Shown: positions 9,958-18,053 of the stretch, in pieces | Numbering within the stretch: position 1 is the stretch's first letter | How the letters are laid out: each line of letters starts with the position of its first letter | From: Candidatus Latescibacterota bacterium | GTDB taxonomy: Bacteria; Latescibacterota; UBA2968; UBA8231 | Assembly (NCBI GenBank): GCA_965204725.1 | Contig: OZ242005.1 | Coordinates: 3,296,001 to 3,360,000, forward strand | Length of the DNA stretch: 64,000 nucleotides | Direction of reading: 5' to 3' | Program-made: the position numbers and the translations under genes | Notes under the pieces: generated by a model | Databases searched by the model: none | What the model was told of the DNA's origin: nothing | The model's input: the letters and a program-made list of their open reading frames with translations, nothing else

Positions 9958-10275
9958 ATGCCGGAAGTCACTCAGCAGCAATTGAATGACGCGAAGCACG
10001 TGGTCGAAACCACGTTGGGCGAGCAATTCGACGACATTGACTTCGTGATGGTCTCCGTCCTGCCCGACGTAGAAGAGTGGGACGACGATGACGACGAATT
10101 TATTGAAGTCAAGGCGATCTACGACGGAGTTGCCGGGCAATTGCGCGGTGAGCGGATGGTCGGGGTGATTCCTCTGCTGCGGCGACGCCTACTGGAATCG
10201 GGCGTCACCGCGTTCCCTGTCATGCGCTACATCGCAAAATCCGACTGGGACGAGCGTCCCAGTGACGCCACATGA
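9958..10275 (+). CDS. Small acidic protein, putative degenerate MNT-like antitoxin partner of HEPN
   Basis: GGAGG RBS; overlaps the HEPN start; acidic beta-alpha-beta pattern, but no canonical GS-x-DxD motif. Confidence 0.6.
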   Translation: MPEVTQQQLNDAKHVVETTLGEQFDDIDFVMVSVLPDVEEWDDDDDEFIEVKAIYDGVAGQLRGERMVGVIPLLRRRLLESGVTAFPVMRYIAKSDWDERPSDAT

Positions 10276-10734
10276 CCTCGTTGCTGCCGCGCAAGACTTA
10301 GTCGGCGACGGCAAAGGTGCTCCACGGCAGGCGAATCTTCGCCGGGCGATCAGCACGGCTTACTACGCTCTATTCCATTGCTTGGCGGGATGTTGCGCCG
10401 ATGCCCTAGTAGGAACTGCCAGAGCCAATCGAAGCGAACCCGCATGGCGTCAAGCCTATCGCGCCCTAGAACACCGCGACGCCGCTAAGCGGTGCGAACA
10501 GAACCAAATTCAGCACTTTCCGTCAGAAATTCAGGAATTTGCCGGGTCGTTCGTGGATATGCAGCGAAAACGCCATCGAGCGGATTACGCATCTGAAGGG
10601 CATTGGCTGAAGTCCGAAGTAGCGGACGATATAGCCCAAGCGGCCGCGGCTATCGCGTACTTGAACGTGCGCCGCTAAAGGATCGTCGCGCATTTGCTGT
10701 TTATGTCTTGCTTAGGCTCAGACCGTCGCGCTAG
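10262..10734 (+). pseudogene. HEPN-domain toxin with a 1-nt frameshift near 10661 (current stop 10678; restored stop 10734)
   Basis: RRAISTAYYALFH and RHRADY HEPN motifs. The alternative frame continues ERAPLKDRRAFAVYVLLRLRPSR* to the TAG at 10732-10734. Confidence 0.75.
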
Positions 10735-11390
10735 CGGCTCAGTGCCCAGACCGCGATGTTGGCGCCCATTTTGAGGGCGTCGAGGCGCTTGCTCTCTGGG
10801 TCGTTGTGGACGCCGGGGTCCTCCCAGCCATCGCCTAAGTCCGCTTCATAAGTGTACAGCACGGCGAGGCGTTCGCCTGCGAAGAGCGCGAGGGCTTGTG
10901 GTCGTTTGCCGTCGTGCTCGTGGACTTTGGGCAGGCCCGCTGGCAACGCAAAGTGACAGCGGAACAGGGGATGTTCGGGCGGCAGCTCGACCCACTCGGC
11001 GTTGGGAAAAACTTGGCGCATGGCGCGGCGAAAGCTCTCGTCCATGCCGTAGTTGTCGTCGGCGTGGAGAAAGCCGCCGCTTTCCAAGTAGTGCCTGAGC
11101 CGCGCCACCTCCTCAGCAGAAAAAGCGACATTGCCGTGCCCGGTCATGTAGATGTACGGGTAGGAAAACAACTCCTCGTCCATGATTTGCACCCGCGCCT
11201 CGGCTTCGGCCGCGTCGATTTGGGTATGCTCCCGCAAGAAGCGAAGCAAGTTGGGCAGGGAAGAGGGATCGCTGTACCAGTCGCCGCCGCCGCCGTATTG
11301 CAGCCGCGCAATGGTAAATAGGGGCTGGGCCGAGCCATCCACCGCGAGGAGCGCGATGGCGAGCGCGGCGTACAGAACGAGGCCGCGCAT
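10731..11390 (-). CDS. DUF4159 domain protein
   Basis: ARLQYGGGGDWY, YMTGHG, GGFLHADDNYG, DLGDGWED, MGANI; signal peptide from the ATG at 11390. Confidence 0.92.
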   Translation of the reverse strand: MRGLVLYAALAIALLAVDGSAQPLFTIARLQYGGGGDWYSDPSSLPNLLRFLREHTQIDAAEAEARVQIMDEELFSYPYIYMTGHGNVAFSAEEVARLRHYLESGGFLHADDNYGMDESFRRAMRQVFPNAEWVELPPEHPLFRCHFALPAGLPKVHEHDGKRPQALALFAGERLAVLYTYEADLGDGWEDPGVHNDPESKRLDALKMGANIAVWALSR

Positions 11391-11391
11391 G

Positions 11392-13587
11392 TCAGGGGTT
11401 GTTGATGACGGCGAATTTGCCGCGCACGAGGTCGCCGGTTTCTGCCTGCGCGACGAAGTAGTAAATACCCGACCCCGCGAGAAAGCCGGCCGCGCTCTGG
11501 CCGTTCCAAGTGACCGCGCCCTCGCCAGCCGCGCCCTCGAGAACCCGGACGAGTTCGCCGGCCGCAGTGAAGATGCGGACGCTGGCCCCAAGCGGCAGGT
11601 CGGCAAAGGTTAGGGACGCGCCGCGGTCGCCGAGGTGGAAGGGGTTGGGATACGCATACGCCTGAGGCCCAACGGTCGTCCCCGAGCCCCCGAGTTGCAG
11701 GCGGCTCATGCCGGCGAGCGTACCAATCCACAGCGCGCCGTTTTCCCGGTCGAAGTAGAGCGAGTTGACGCGGTTGTTGACGAGGCCGTCGCTGGCGTCG
11801 AGCGCGAACTCGACTTGGCCCTCGGTGTCGATGCGGGCCAAGCCGCCTTCGGTGCCGACCCAGATCCGCCCCCAGTCGTCTTCGGCCAGCGCCGTAGTCG
11901 CGGTGGCGGGCAGGCCGTTGTCGGTGTTGTACACCTTCCAGCTCGCGACCTCAAAATCCGCGTTGGCGCGCGAGTACTCGCCGCGCACGGCATTGAGGCC
12001 GTTGTTCGTGGCGACCCACACCCGCCCCGAGCGATCGACGTGAATGTCGCTGATGGTATCGCTCGTCAGGTCTGGGTACGCGACCGTGTCGAAGACCAAG
12101 CCGGTCTCGTCGCCGATCGCAAAGGGAGTGCCGCCGTCGTCTAAGAGGAAGAAACCGTCGAGTGCCGTCCCGATCCACTTCAGGCCGTCGGGACCGATGG
12201 CGATCTTGGTCATGTCTTGGCCCGGGGACATGCCAAAGTCCAACTGGCTGTTGAGCGCGGCCTGTTGGGGCGGCCATCCATCCATGACGACGAGTCCGTT
12301 GCGGACGTTGGCGATCCACAGCAAGCCGTTGGCGTCGCGGTCCATGTCGCTGATGGCGACAAAGGAGTCGCCGTCGATGCCTTCGAGAGCCGAGTTGCTG
12401 GCGTTGAGGTTTTGCCACTGGCCGTCGGCGTCGCGCACGTCAATGCCCCAACCCCAACTTCCGACCCACAGCAGGCCCTCGGCGTCGGTCTCCACGGCCG
12501 AGACTTTCTCGGACGACAGGTTGGCCCGGCTGGTGTGGGTAGTCCAGCCCTCGCCATCGAACTCGTACAGGCCAAAAGCGGGCAGATTGTCCTTGGGCAC
12601 GGAGGCGACCCAGAGGTGACCGTCGGAGGTCTGAGTTATGTCGAAGAAGAAATTGCCGATCGGCTCGCGGGGCGGCGGCGGCGGGGTGGTGCCGAGGGCG
12701 CGCAGGCCGCGCTCGCTAGCCACCCACAGCGGGCCGTCGGTATCCGATAGGTCGGCGGCGGTGCTGATACCGCTGATCGGTTGCCAGCGGTTGTCTCTGC
12801 GCTGGAGGAGGCCCTCGGCCGTCGCACTGACGATGAGTCCCTCAAAGAGGCCGAGGGCAACGATGCTGGTCGTGGAGGGATCGAGCGCGGGCCGGTCGAG
12901 CGCGGGATGGACTTGCCAGAGCCCGTCCGTGGCTGAGACGAAGAGCGTGTCTTGATGGACGAGCACGTCGCGCACCTCGCCCCTTATGGGCTCGGCCTCC
13001 CAACTGCTGGGGTCTTGGAGGTTGGGCTGGTCCAAATCCGCCGACACGAGGCCATTGACGGTCCCGACCCACAGCCGATCGGCAAATATCTCAATGCTGG
13101 TCACCTCGGTGTCTCTCGCCAGATTCCCCAAGCGGCGATAGGTCTCCTTGACCTCCTCCTTGCTGATGACAAACGCACTGACGCCGCGCTCGCTGCCCAC
13201 GTAGAGGATGTCCCCATGGGGCTTGAGGGCGTTGATGCGGAGGTTTTGGAAGTCGAGAAAGGGCGGGTCGAAGCGGTTTTGCTCGGGCCGATAGCGGCTC
13301 AAGCCTTGGGAGTGCGTACCAAACCACAGGTGGTCGTTGGCATCTACGGATAGGCTCAAGATGAGGTTGCCCGGCAGGCCATCGCGGCGGGTGAAGCGCG
13401 TATAGGCTTGGGTCTGTTGGTCGTAGCGCAGGACGCCGCCGTGCGTACCGGCCCAGACGGCGTCTTGGTGGACGAGGACCCGGTTGATTTGGCGCATACT
13501 GGTATAGGCTTCCCATTGGGTGCCGGATAGCTGGGCGCGGGCGGGTAGAGCCAAAAGCAGCAGGGAAGCAAGGGGGAGCAAGAGCAT
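11392..13587 (-). CDS. PorZ-like beta-propeller (two-component regulator propeller repeats) with T9SS/FlgD-type C-terminal domain
   Basis: Signal peptide; repeated D..G.LWxGT..GL blades; C-terminal YPNPF..IFTAAGELVR..WNG..GSGIYYF..KFAVIN. Confidence 0.8.
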   Translation of the reverse strand: MLLLPLASLLLLALPARAQLSGTQWEAYTSMRQINRVLVHQDAVWAGTHGGVLRYDQQTQAYTRFTRRDGLPGNLILSLSVDANDHLWFGTHSQGLSRYRPEQNRFDPPFLDFQNLRINALKPHGDILYVGSERGVSAFVISKEEVKETYRRLGNLARDTEVTSIEIFADRLWVGTVNGLVSADLDQPNLQDPSSWEAEPIRGEVRDVLVHQDTLFVSATDGLWQVHPALDRPALDPSTTSIVALGLFEGLIVSATAEGLLQRRDNRWQPISGISTAADLSDTDGPLWVASERGLRALGTTPPPPPREPIGNFFFDITQTSDGHLWVASVPKDNLPAFGLYEFDGEGWTTHTSRANLSSEKVSAVETDAEGLLWVGSWGWGIDVRDADGQWQNLNASNSALEGIDGDSFVAISDMDRDANGLLWIANVRNGLVVMDGWPPQQAALNSQLDFGMSPGQDMTKIAIGPDGLKWIGTALDGFFLLDDGGTPFAIGDETGLVFDTVAYPDLTSDTISDIHVDRSGRVWVATNNGLNAVRGEYSRANADFEVASWKVYNTDNGLPATATTALAEDDWGRIWVGTEGGLARIDTEGQVEFALDASDGLVNNRVNSLYFDRENGALWIGTLAGMSRLQLGGSGTTVGPQAYAYPNPFHLGDRGASLTFADLPLGASVRIFTAAGELVRVLEGAAGEGAVTWNGQSAAGFLAGSGIYYFVAQAETGDLVRGKFAVINNP

Positions 13588-13596
13588 GGAAACGGC

Positions 13597-16047
13597 CTAC
13601 ATCATGGTTAGAGGGTCGATGTTGATGGAAAAGTGGAGGGCGTGTTCTTTGGCGGCCGCACGCATGGCCGGCAGGGCACTGAGAGTCGTAGTGCGCAAGC
13701 GGCGCACCGAGGGGCCGCGCAACAGGGCTTGCCAGCGGTAATGACCGCGCAGCCGCGCCAGCGGCGCCGGGGCTGGCCCGAGTACGAGCTCGGCCGCGTC
13801 GAGATCGCGCCGCAGGGCTTGGACGCCTCGTTGGGCGCCGGTCTCAACGGCCTGCTCGCAGGGGCCGCGCCAGCGGAAGACGATGAGGCGGCCAAACGGG
13901 GGAAATCCCGCTTGCTGCCGCTGGGCCAATTCGTTGCGGGCAAAGGTCGCGTAATTTTGGCTGGCGGCCGCGCGCAGGGCTGGGTCGTCGGGTAGCAGCG
14001 TCTGGATGACGACCTCGCCGGCCGTGTGGCCGCGCCCCGAGCGGCCGGCCACTTGAGTTAAAAGCTGGAAGCTCCGCTCGGCCGCACGGAAGTCGGGTAG
14101 GTGCAGGCCGGTGTCAGCGGAAATGACGCCGACGAGCGTAACTTCGGGCAGGTCGAGGCCCTTGGCGATCATTTGGGTGCCGAGCAGCACGTCGGCCTCG
14201 CCATTGCGAAAGCGCTCGACGAGCTCGTCGTGGGCACCCTTCCAAGCGGTGGTATCTACGTCCATGCGGATGACGCGGATGCCGGGGAATTGGGCCAACA
14301 GGGCCTCTTCGACTCGCTGAGTGCCCACCCCGTCGAAGCGCAACTCCGCGCTGCCGCAGGACGGGCACACCGGCGGCGGCGGGGTCGCAAAGTCGCAGTA
14401 ATGACAGCGGGTCTCAGAAGCTGCGGGGCGCTGGTGATAGGTCAGGGAGACGCGGCAACTAGGGCACTGGATCGGCTCGCCACAGGCGGCGCAGCTAACG
14501 AAGGGCGCGAAGCCCCGGCGGTTTTGCAACAGGATGATTTTCTCGCCGCGGTCGAGGCGGCCTTGCATCTTGCCCCGCAACTCGTGCGAGAAGATGGTCC
14601 GCTGCTGCCTTTGGAAAGGCTCCTGTTTCATATCGACGACCCCCACTCGGGGCAAGGGGCGGTCGTCGATGCGGCGGGGCAAGGTGTAGCGATGGTACTT
14701 GCCCGTGGTGGCATTCCAGTGCGACTCTAGGCTGGGCGTGGCCGAGCCGAGGACGACGACCGCGTCGCAGTGCTGCCCGCGGACCAAGGCGAGGTCGCGG
14801 GCGTTGTACGTGAGGGGATGGCTGCTGTCTAGGTCTTCTTGCTTGTACGAGGAATCGTGCTCTTCGTCTACGACAATCAGCCCCAAATCGTCCACCGGCG
14901 CGAGAATGGCCGAGCGCGCCCCGATGAGCAGGTGCTGCTCGCGCCGGCGCAAGCGACGCCAAGTGTCGTAGCGCTCGCCGGCCGAGAGCTGGCTGTGGAG
15001 GACGGCGACGGCCTCGCCGAAGTGCTCCTTGAAGCGCCGCACCATCTGCCAAGCGAGGGCAATTTCTGGAACCAAGACGATCGCGCCCCGCCCCGCAGCC
15101 AACGCTTGCGCCGCGAGTTGGACGTACACGAGGGTCTTGCCCGAGCCGGTGACGCCGTGCAGCAGAGCCGGATGGAACTGCCGGGCGGCGAGCGCGGCCG
15201 ACAGGGCGTTGAGCACCTGTTGCTGGTCGGAGGTCGGGACGAGGGCCGGGGGCACGCCGCTGACAATGTGGGCGAGGGGATCGCGGATGACTTCCTCGGC
15301 CGTTGGCTCAATCAAGCCGCGGTCTGCAAGGGCCTTGAGTATGGCCGAGGAAAAGCCGGCCGCCCTCAGCTCGCTGGACGCGGCCATGGGATGATCGAGC
15401 AAGTAGCGCAGACAGGCCGCTTGCCGCGGGGCGCGCTTTTCAATGGCGGCGATAGCGGCGGGCGCGGCCGATTCGTCGCGCAAGAGGAAGCGGCGTTGGC
15501 TCAGGGGGCGGGGCCGCCGGTCTTGGAGCACGGGCGCGATTTCAATGCGGCCGCTGCGGCGCAGGGAACGCATTCCCTTTTCCAAGCCTCGGCTGCCGAG
15601 TCGGCGCTTGAGGGTGCTGACCTTGAGCGAGCCGCTGCGCTGGAGTTCGCCGAGGATCTGCGCCTCGATACCCGTGTGGTGGCCCGTGGGCGCACCGCGC
15701 AGTTGCACGAGGCGGTTGGAACTGAGTTTGACGCCTGGGGGCAGAGCGGCCATCAGTGCGCTGCCGAGGGGGGCCATGTAGTAGGAAGCCATCCAGCGGC
15801 AGAGCGCGACGACCTCGGGGCTGAGGAGCGAGGTGTCGAGAATTTGTTCGATGGGGCGGATTTTGCTTGGGGGGATGTCGCCGAGTGCGGCTGGCCCCAA
15901 GACGATGCCGGTGAGCCGGCGCTGGAGAACCGGCACCAACACCAGAGCACCCGGCCGTGCTTCCGCGGCGAATTCAGCAGGTACGCCATAGGTCAACTCG
16001 CGCGCTACGGGGGGCGGCAGGGAGACCTCTACGTAGCCTTGGATCAT
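13597..16047 (-). CDS. priA: Primosomal protein N'
   Basis: LHGVTGSGKT, VDEEHD, SATPS, NRRG, four CxxC motifs, GTQMIAKG, QVAGRSGR. Confidence 0.98.
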   Translation of the reverse strand: MIQGYVEVSLPPPVARELTYGVPAEFAAEARPGALVLVPVLQRRLTGIVLGPAALGDIPPSKIRPIEQILDTSLLSPEVVALCRWMASYYMAPLGSALMAALPPGVKLSSNRLVQLRGAPTGHHTGIEAQILGELQRSGSLKVSTLKRRLGSRGLEKGMRSLRRSGRIEIAPVLQDRRPRPLSQRRFLLRDESAAPAAIAAIEKRAPRQAACLRYLLDHPMAASSELRAAGFSSAILKALADRGLIEPTAEEVIRDPLAHIVSGVPPALVPTSDQQQVLNALSAALAARQFHPALLHGVTGSGKTLVYVQLAAQALAAGRGAIVLVPEIALAWQMVRRFKEHFGEAVAVLHSQLSAGERYDTWRRLRRREQHLLIGARSAILAPVDDLGLIVVDEEHDSSYKQEDLDSSHPLTYNARDLALVRGQHCDAVVVLGSATPSLESHWNATTGKYHRYTLPRRIDDRPLPRVGVVDMKQEPFQRQQRTIFSHELRGKMQGRLDRGEKIILLQNRRGFAPFVSCAACGEPIQCPSCRVSLTYHQRPAASETRCHYCDFATPPPPVCPSCGSAELRFDGVGTQRVEEALLAQFPGIRVIRMDVDTTAWKGAHDELVERFRNGEADVLLGTQMIAKGLDLPEVTLVGVISADTGLHLPDFRAAERSFQLLTQVAGRSGRGHTAGEVVIQTLLPDDPALRAAASQNYATFARNELAQRQQAGFPPFGRLIVFRWRGPCEQAVETGAQRGVQALRRDLDAAELVLGPAPAPLARLRGHYRWQALLRGPSVRRLRTTTLSALPAMRAAAKEHALHFSINIDPLTMM

Positions 16048-16940
16048 GGTTGGGCGTCGGGGGCCTCGTCTGTGAGGGGCAGCAGCGTTATGCCGGCGGC
16101 GGTGGCGCGGAAGCGCAGCACTTTATTGGGATCGCCAAGCTGGCCATCGCCGAGGAGTTGGCCGTCCAACCAGTATTGCAGGCCGTGGGGGCGAGTCGAG
16201 AGCACGACGAAGTGCCCGCGGGCCTCAAAGCGGTGGCGCTGGCCGGGCGGGACGATGCCCTCAAAATTTTCCTCTGCGTCATCCCAGTGGATTTGCACCC
16301 AAGTAGAGTCGCGGGCCTCTAGTTCGAGGACGACCGGAGAGGATGCGGTGGCTTGAATAGCGGCCGCTGGTGGCGGGGCGGCTTCGGTGGCGAGGGTGTC
16401 GGTCGCCGGCGAGGAAGGAGCCGTCGGTGGCGGGGCGGCTTCGGTGGCGGCCTCTAACTCGGTGGGTGGCTGGACGAGCAGGGTGTCGTTTGGGGCCGCG
16501 GCGGGCGCGGGTTCGGGCGGCGCGGAGACCGTTTGGGTCGGGGCCGTTATCTTATCGCCTAAGAAGTAATACGCCCCAACGAGCAGGAAGCAGGCACCTA
16601 TTACCGAGCCAATGGCGATCAGCGGGGTCTGCGAGCGGTGCTTGGGCTTGGGCTGCGATAGCAAGACCACCGGGCGTTGGCGAGGTTGGAAGGCCCGGCC
16701 TTGCTGTTGGTCGAAGCGGGTCAGGAACGGCTCGGGGTTGAGGCCGAGGTATTCGGCATAGGCTTTCAGGGCTAAGCGAGCGAATACCGGCTCAACTACA
16801 TCAAACTGGCCGCTTTCTATGCCCCGTAAGACGGCCAAACTAATGCCGCTCTGTTGCTGGACTGTTTCGAGGTCGAGGCCGCGCTCTTGGCGGGCGGCCG
16901 ACAATTCTTCTGCGATGGTTCGTTGTTTTTCTTCGCTCAT
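16044..16940 (-). CDS. rodZ: RodZ-like protein (HTH, TM, DUF4115)
   Basis: N-terminal HTH (L..AR..RGLDL..IESG..YAEYLGL), single TM, Pro/Ala linker, ARDSTWVQI C-domain. Confidence 0.8.
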   Translation of the reverse strand: MSEEKQRTIAEELSAARQERGLDLETVQQQSGISLAVLRGIESGQFDVVEPVFARLALKAYAEYLGLNPEPFLTRFDQQQGRAFQPRQRPVVLLSQPKPKHRSQTPLIAIGSVIGACFLLVGAYYFLGDKITAPTQTVSAPPEPAPAAAPNDTLLVQPPTELEAATEAAPPPTAPSSPATDTLATEAAPPPAAAIQATASSPVVLELEARDSTWVQIHWDDAEENFEGIVPPGQRHRFEARGHFVVLSTRPHGLQYWLDGQLLGDGQLGDPNKVLRFRATAAGITLLPLTDEAPDAQP

Positions 16941-17524
16941 TTTGTGCCCTGATCGTTTAGGTTGTACCCCACCGCGCTCAAAAGGACGCAAAGACGAGCT
17001 AGGGGCAAACCAACTACATTATAATAACAACCTGCGATGCGTTCAATAAAGCGCGCCCCTAGCCCCTGTATGCCATAGCCACCGGCTTTGTCGAGCGGCT
17101 CGCCGCTGGCAACGTAAGCGGCAATGTCGGCCGCGGTCAAGGGCCGCATTGCTACTTGGGTGCAAGCGGCTTCCCGCAGGAGCTGCTCGCCGCTTTGGAT
17201 GGCTAGCCCGGTATAAACCTGATGGACTTGGCCCGACAGGCGACCGAGCATGGAGGCCGCATGGGCCGCGTCGGCCGGCTTGCCCAAGATCGCGCCGTTG
17301 CTCCAGACGATGGTGTCGGCCGCGATGACGATGGCGTCGGCCGTGACCGAGCGGGCAACAGCGCGGGCTTTGGCCTCGGCCGATTCGATAGCATAGTCGG
17401 CCGGAATGGACGTTGCCGGCACTGGCTCGGCCACCGGACTGGGGACCACCGTAAAGGGCAGCGCGAGTTGGCGCAACAGCGCGGCGCGTCGCGGCGAAGC
17501 CGACCCGAGGATGAGCGGCTTCAC
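16937..17524 (-). CDS. maf: Maf-family nucleotide pyrophosphatase
   Basis: LILGSASPRR, ADTIV, LGKP, DKAGGYGIQG, NVVGLP. Confidence 0.96.
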   Translation of the reverse strand: MKPLILGSASPRRAALLRQLALPFTVVPSPVAEPVPATSIPADYAIESAEAKARAVARSVTADAIVIAADTIVWSNGAILGKPADAAHAASMLGRLSGQVHQVYTGLAIQSGEQLLREAACTQVAMRPLTAADIAAYVASGEPLDKAGGYGIQGLGARFIERIAGCYYNVVGLPLARLCVLLSAVGYNLNDQGTK

Positions 17525-17964
17525 GCTGGCGACTCCACCATCAAAGTAACCGGGCCATCGTTGTGAATCTCAACCTGCATGTAAGCACCAAAGACGCCGC
17601 GTTGGGGCGGCAAGCCTTGTTCGGCGAGCAGGTCGAGAAAGCGCTCGTAGAGGCGCTGGGCAACCGGGGGGGGAGCGGCGTGGACGAAGCTGGGGCGGCG
17701 GCCTTTGCGACAGTCCCCGTACAGGGTAAACTGCGAGATGGCGAGCACACCGCCGCCCACATCGAGAACCGAGCGGTTCATCTTGCCTTGGTCGTCGGCG
17801 AAGATGCGCAGGTGAGCGCATTTTTCAGCGCAGAAGCGCAGGGCGTGGTCGTCGTCGTTGGGGCCGAAGCCGACGAGCAGGAGCAGACCTTGGCCGATTT
17901 GGCCGCGGAGCTCGCCTTCGACGTGGACGCTAGCGCGGCTGACGCGCTGGACGAGGACCTTCAT
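17521..17964 (-). CDS. dtd: D-aminoacyl-tRNA deacylase
   Basis: MKVLVQRV, SQFTL, GRRPSF, NDGPVT. Confidence 0.97.
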   Translation of the reverse strand: MKVLVQRVSRASVHVEGELRGQIGQGLLLLVGFGPNDDDHALRFCAEKCAHLRIFADDQGKMNRSVLDVGGGVLAISQFTLYGDCRKGRRPSFVHAAPPPVAQRLYERFLDLLAEQGLPPQRGVFGAYMQVEIHNDGPVTLMVESPA

Positions 17965-18019
17965 GGGAGGGGTCGATCCGTGGGTGGGTTGGGGAAATAG
18001 GCCATGAGAATTAGCTGTA

Positions 18020-18047
18020 AATGTATCCCCCGCCATACTACTGTCAA
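18020..18047 (-). promoter_or_regulatory. Sigma70-type promoter for dtd-maf-rodZ-priA
   Basis: Minus strand TTGACA-N16-TACATT. Confidence 0.65.
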
Positions 18048-18053
18048 CCAATC

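Noticed and set aside
7788-10777. Y repeats as a CRISPR array
   Set aside because: Only 2-3 degenerate copies, 1-2 kb apart, derived from a gene end; no cas genes.
14839-16356. 505-aa plus-strand ORF (also 33204-34193, 35933-36697, 525-1259 and similar)
   Set aside because: Antisense shadows of well-supported genes in high-GC DNA; no recognisable motifs.
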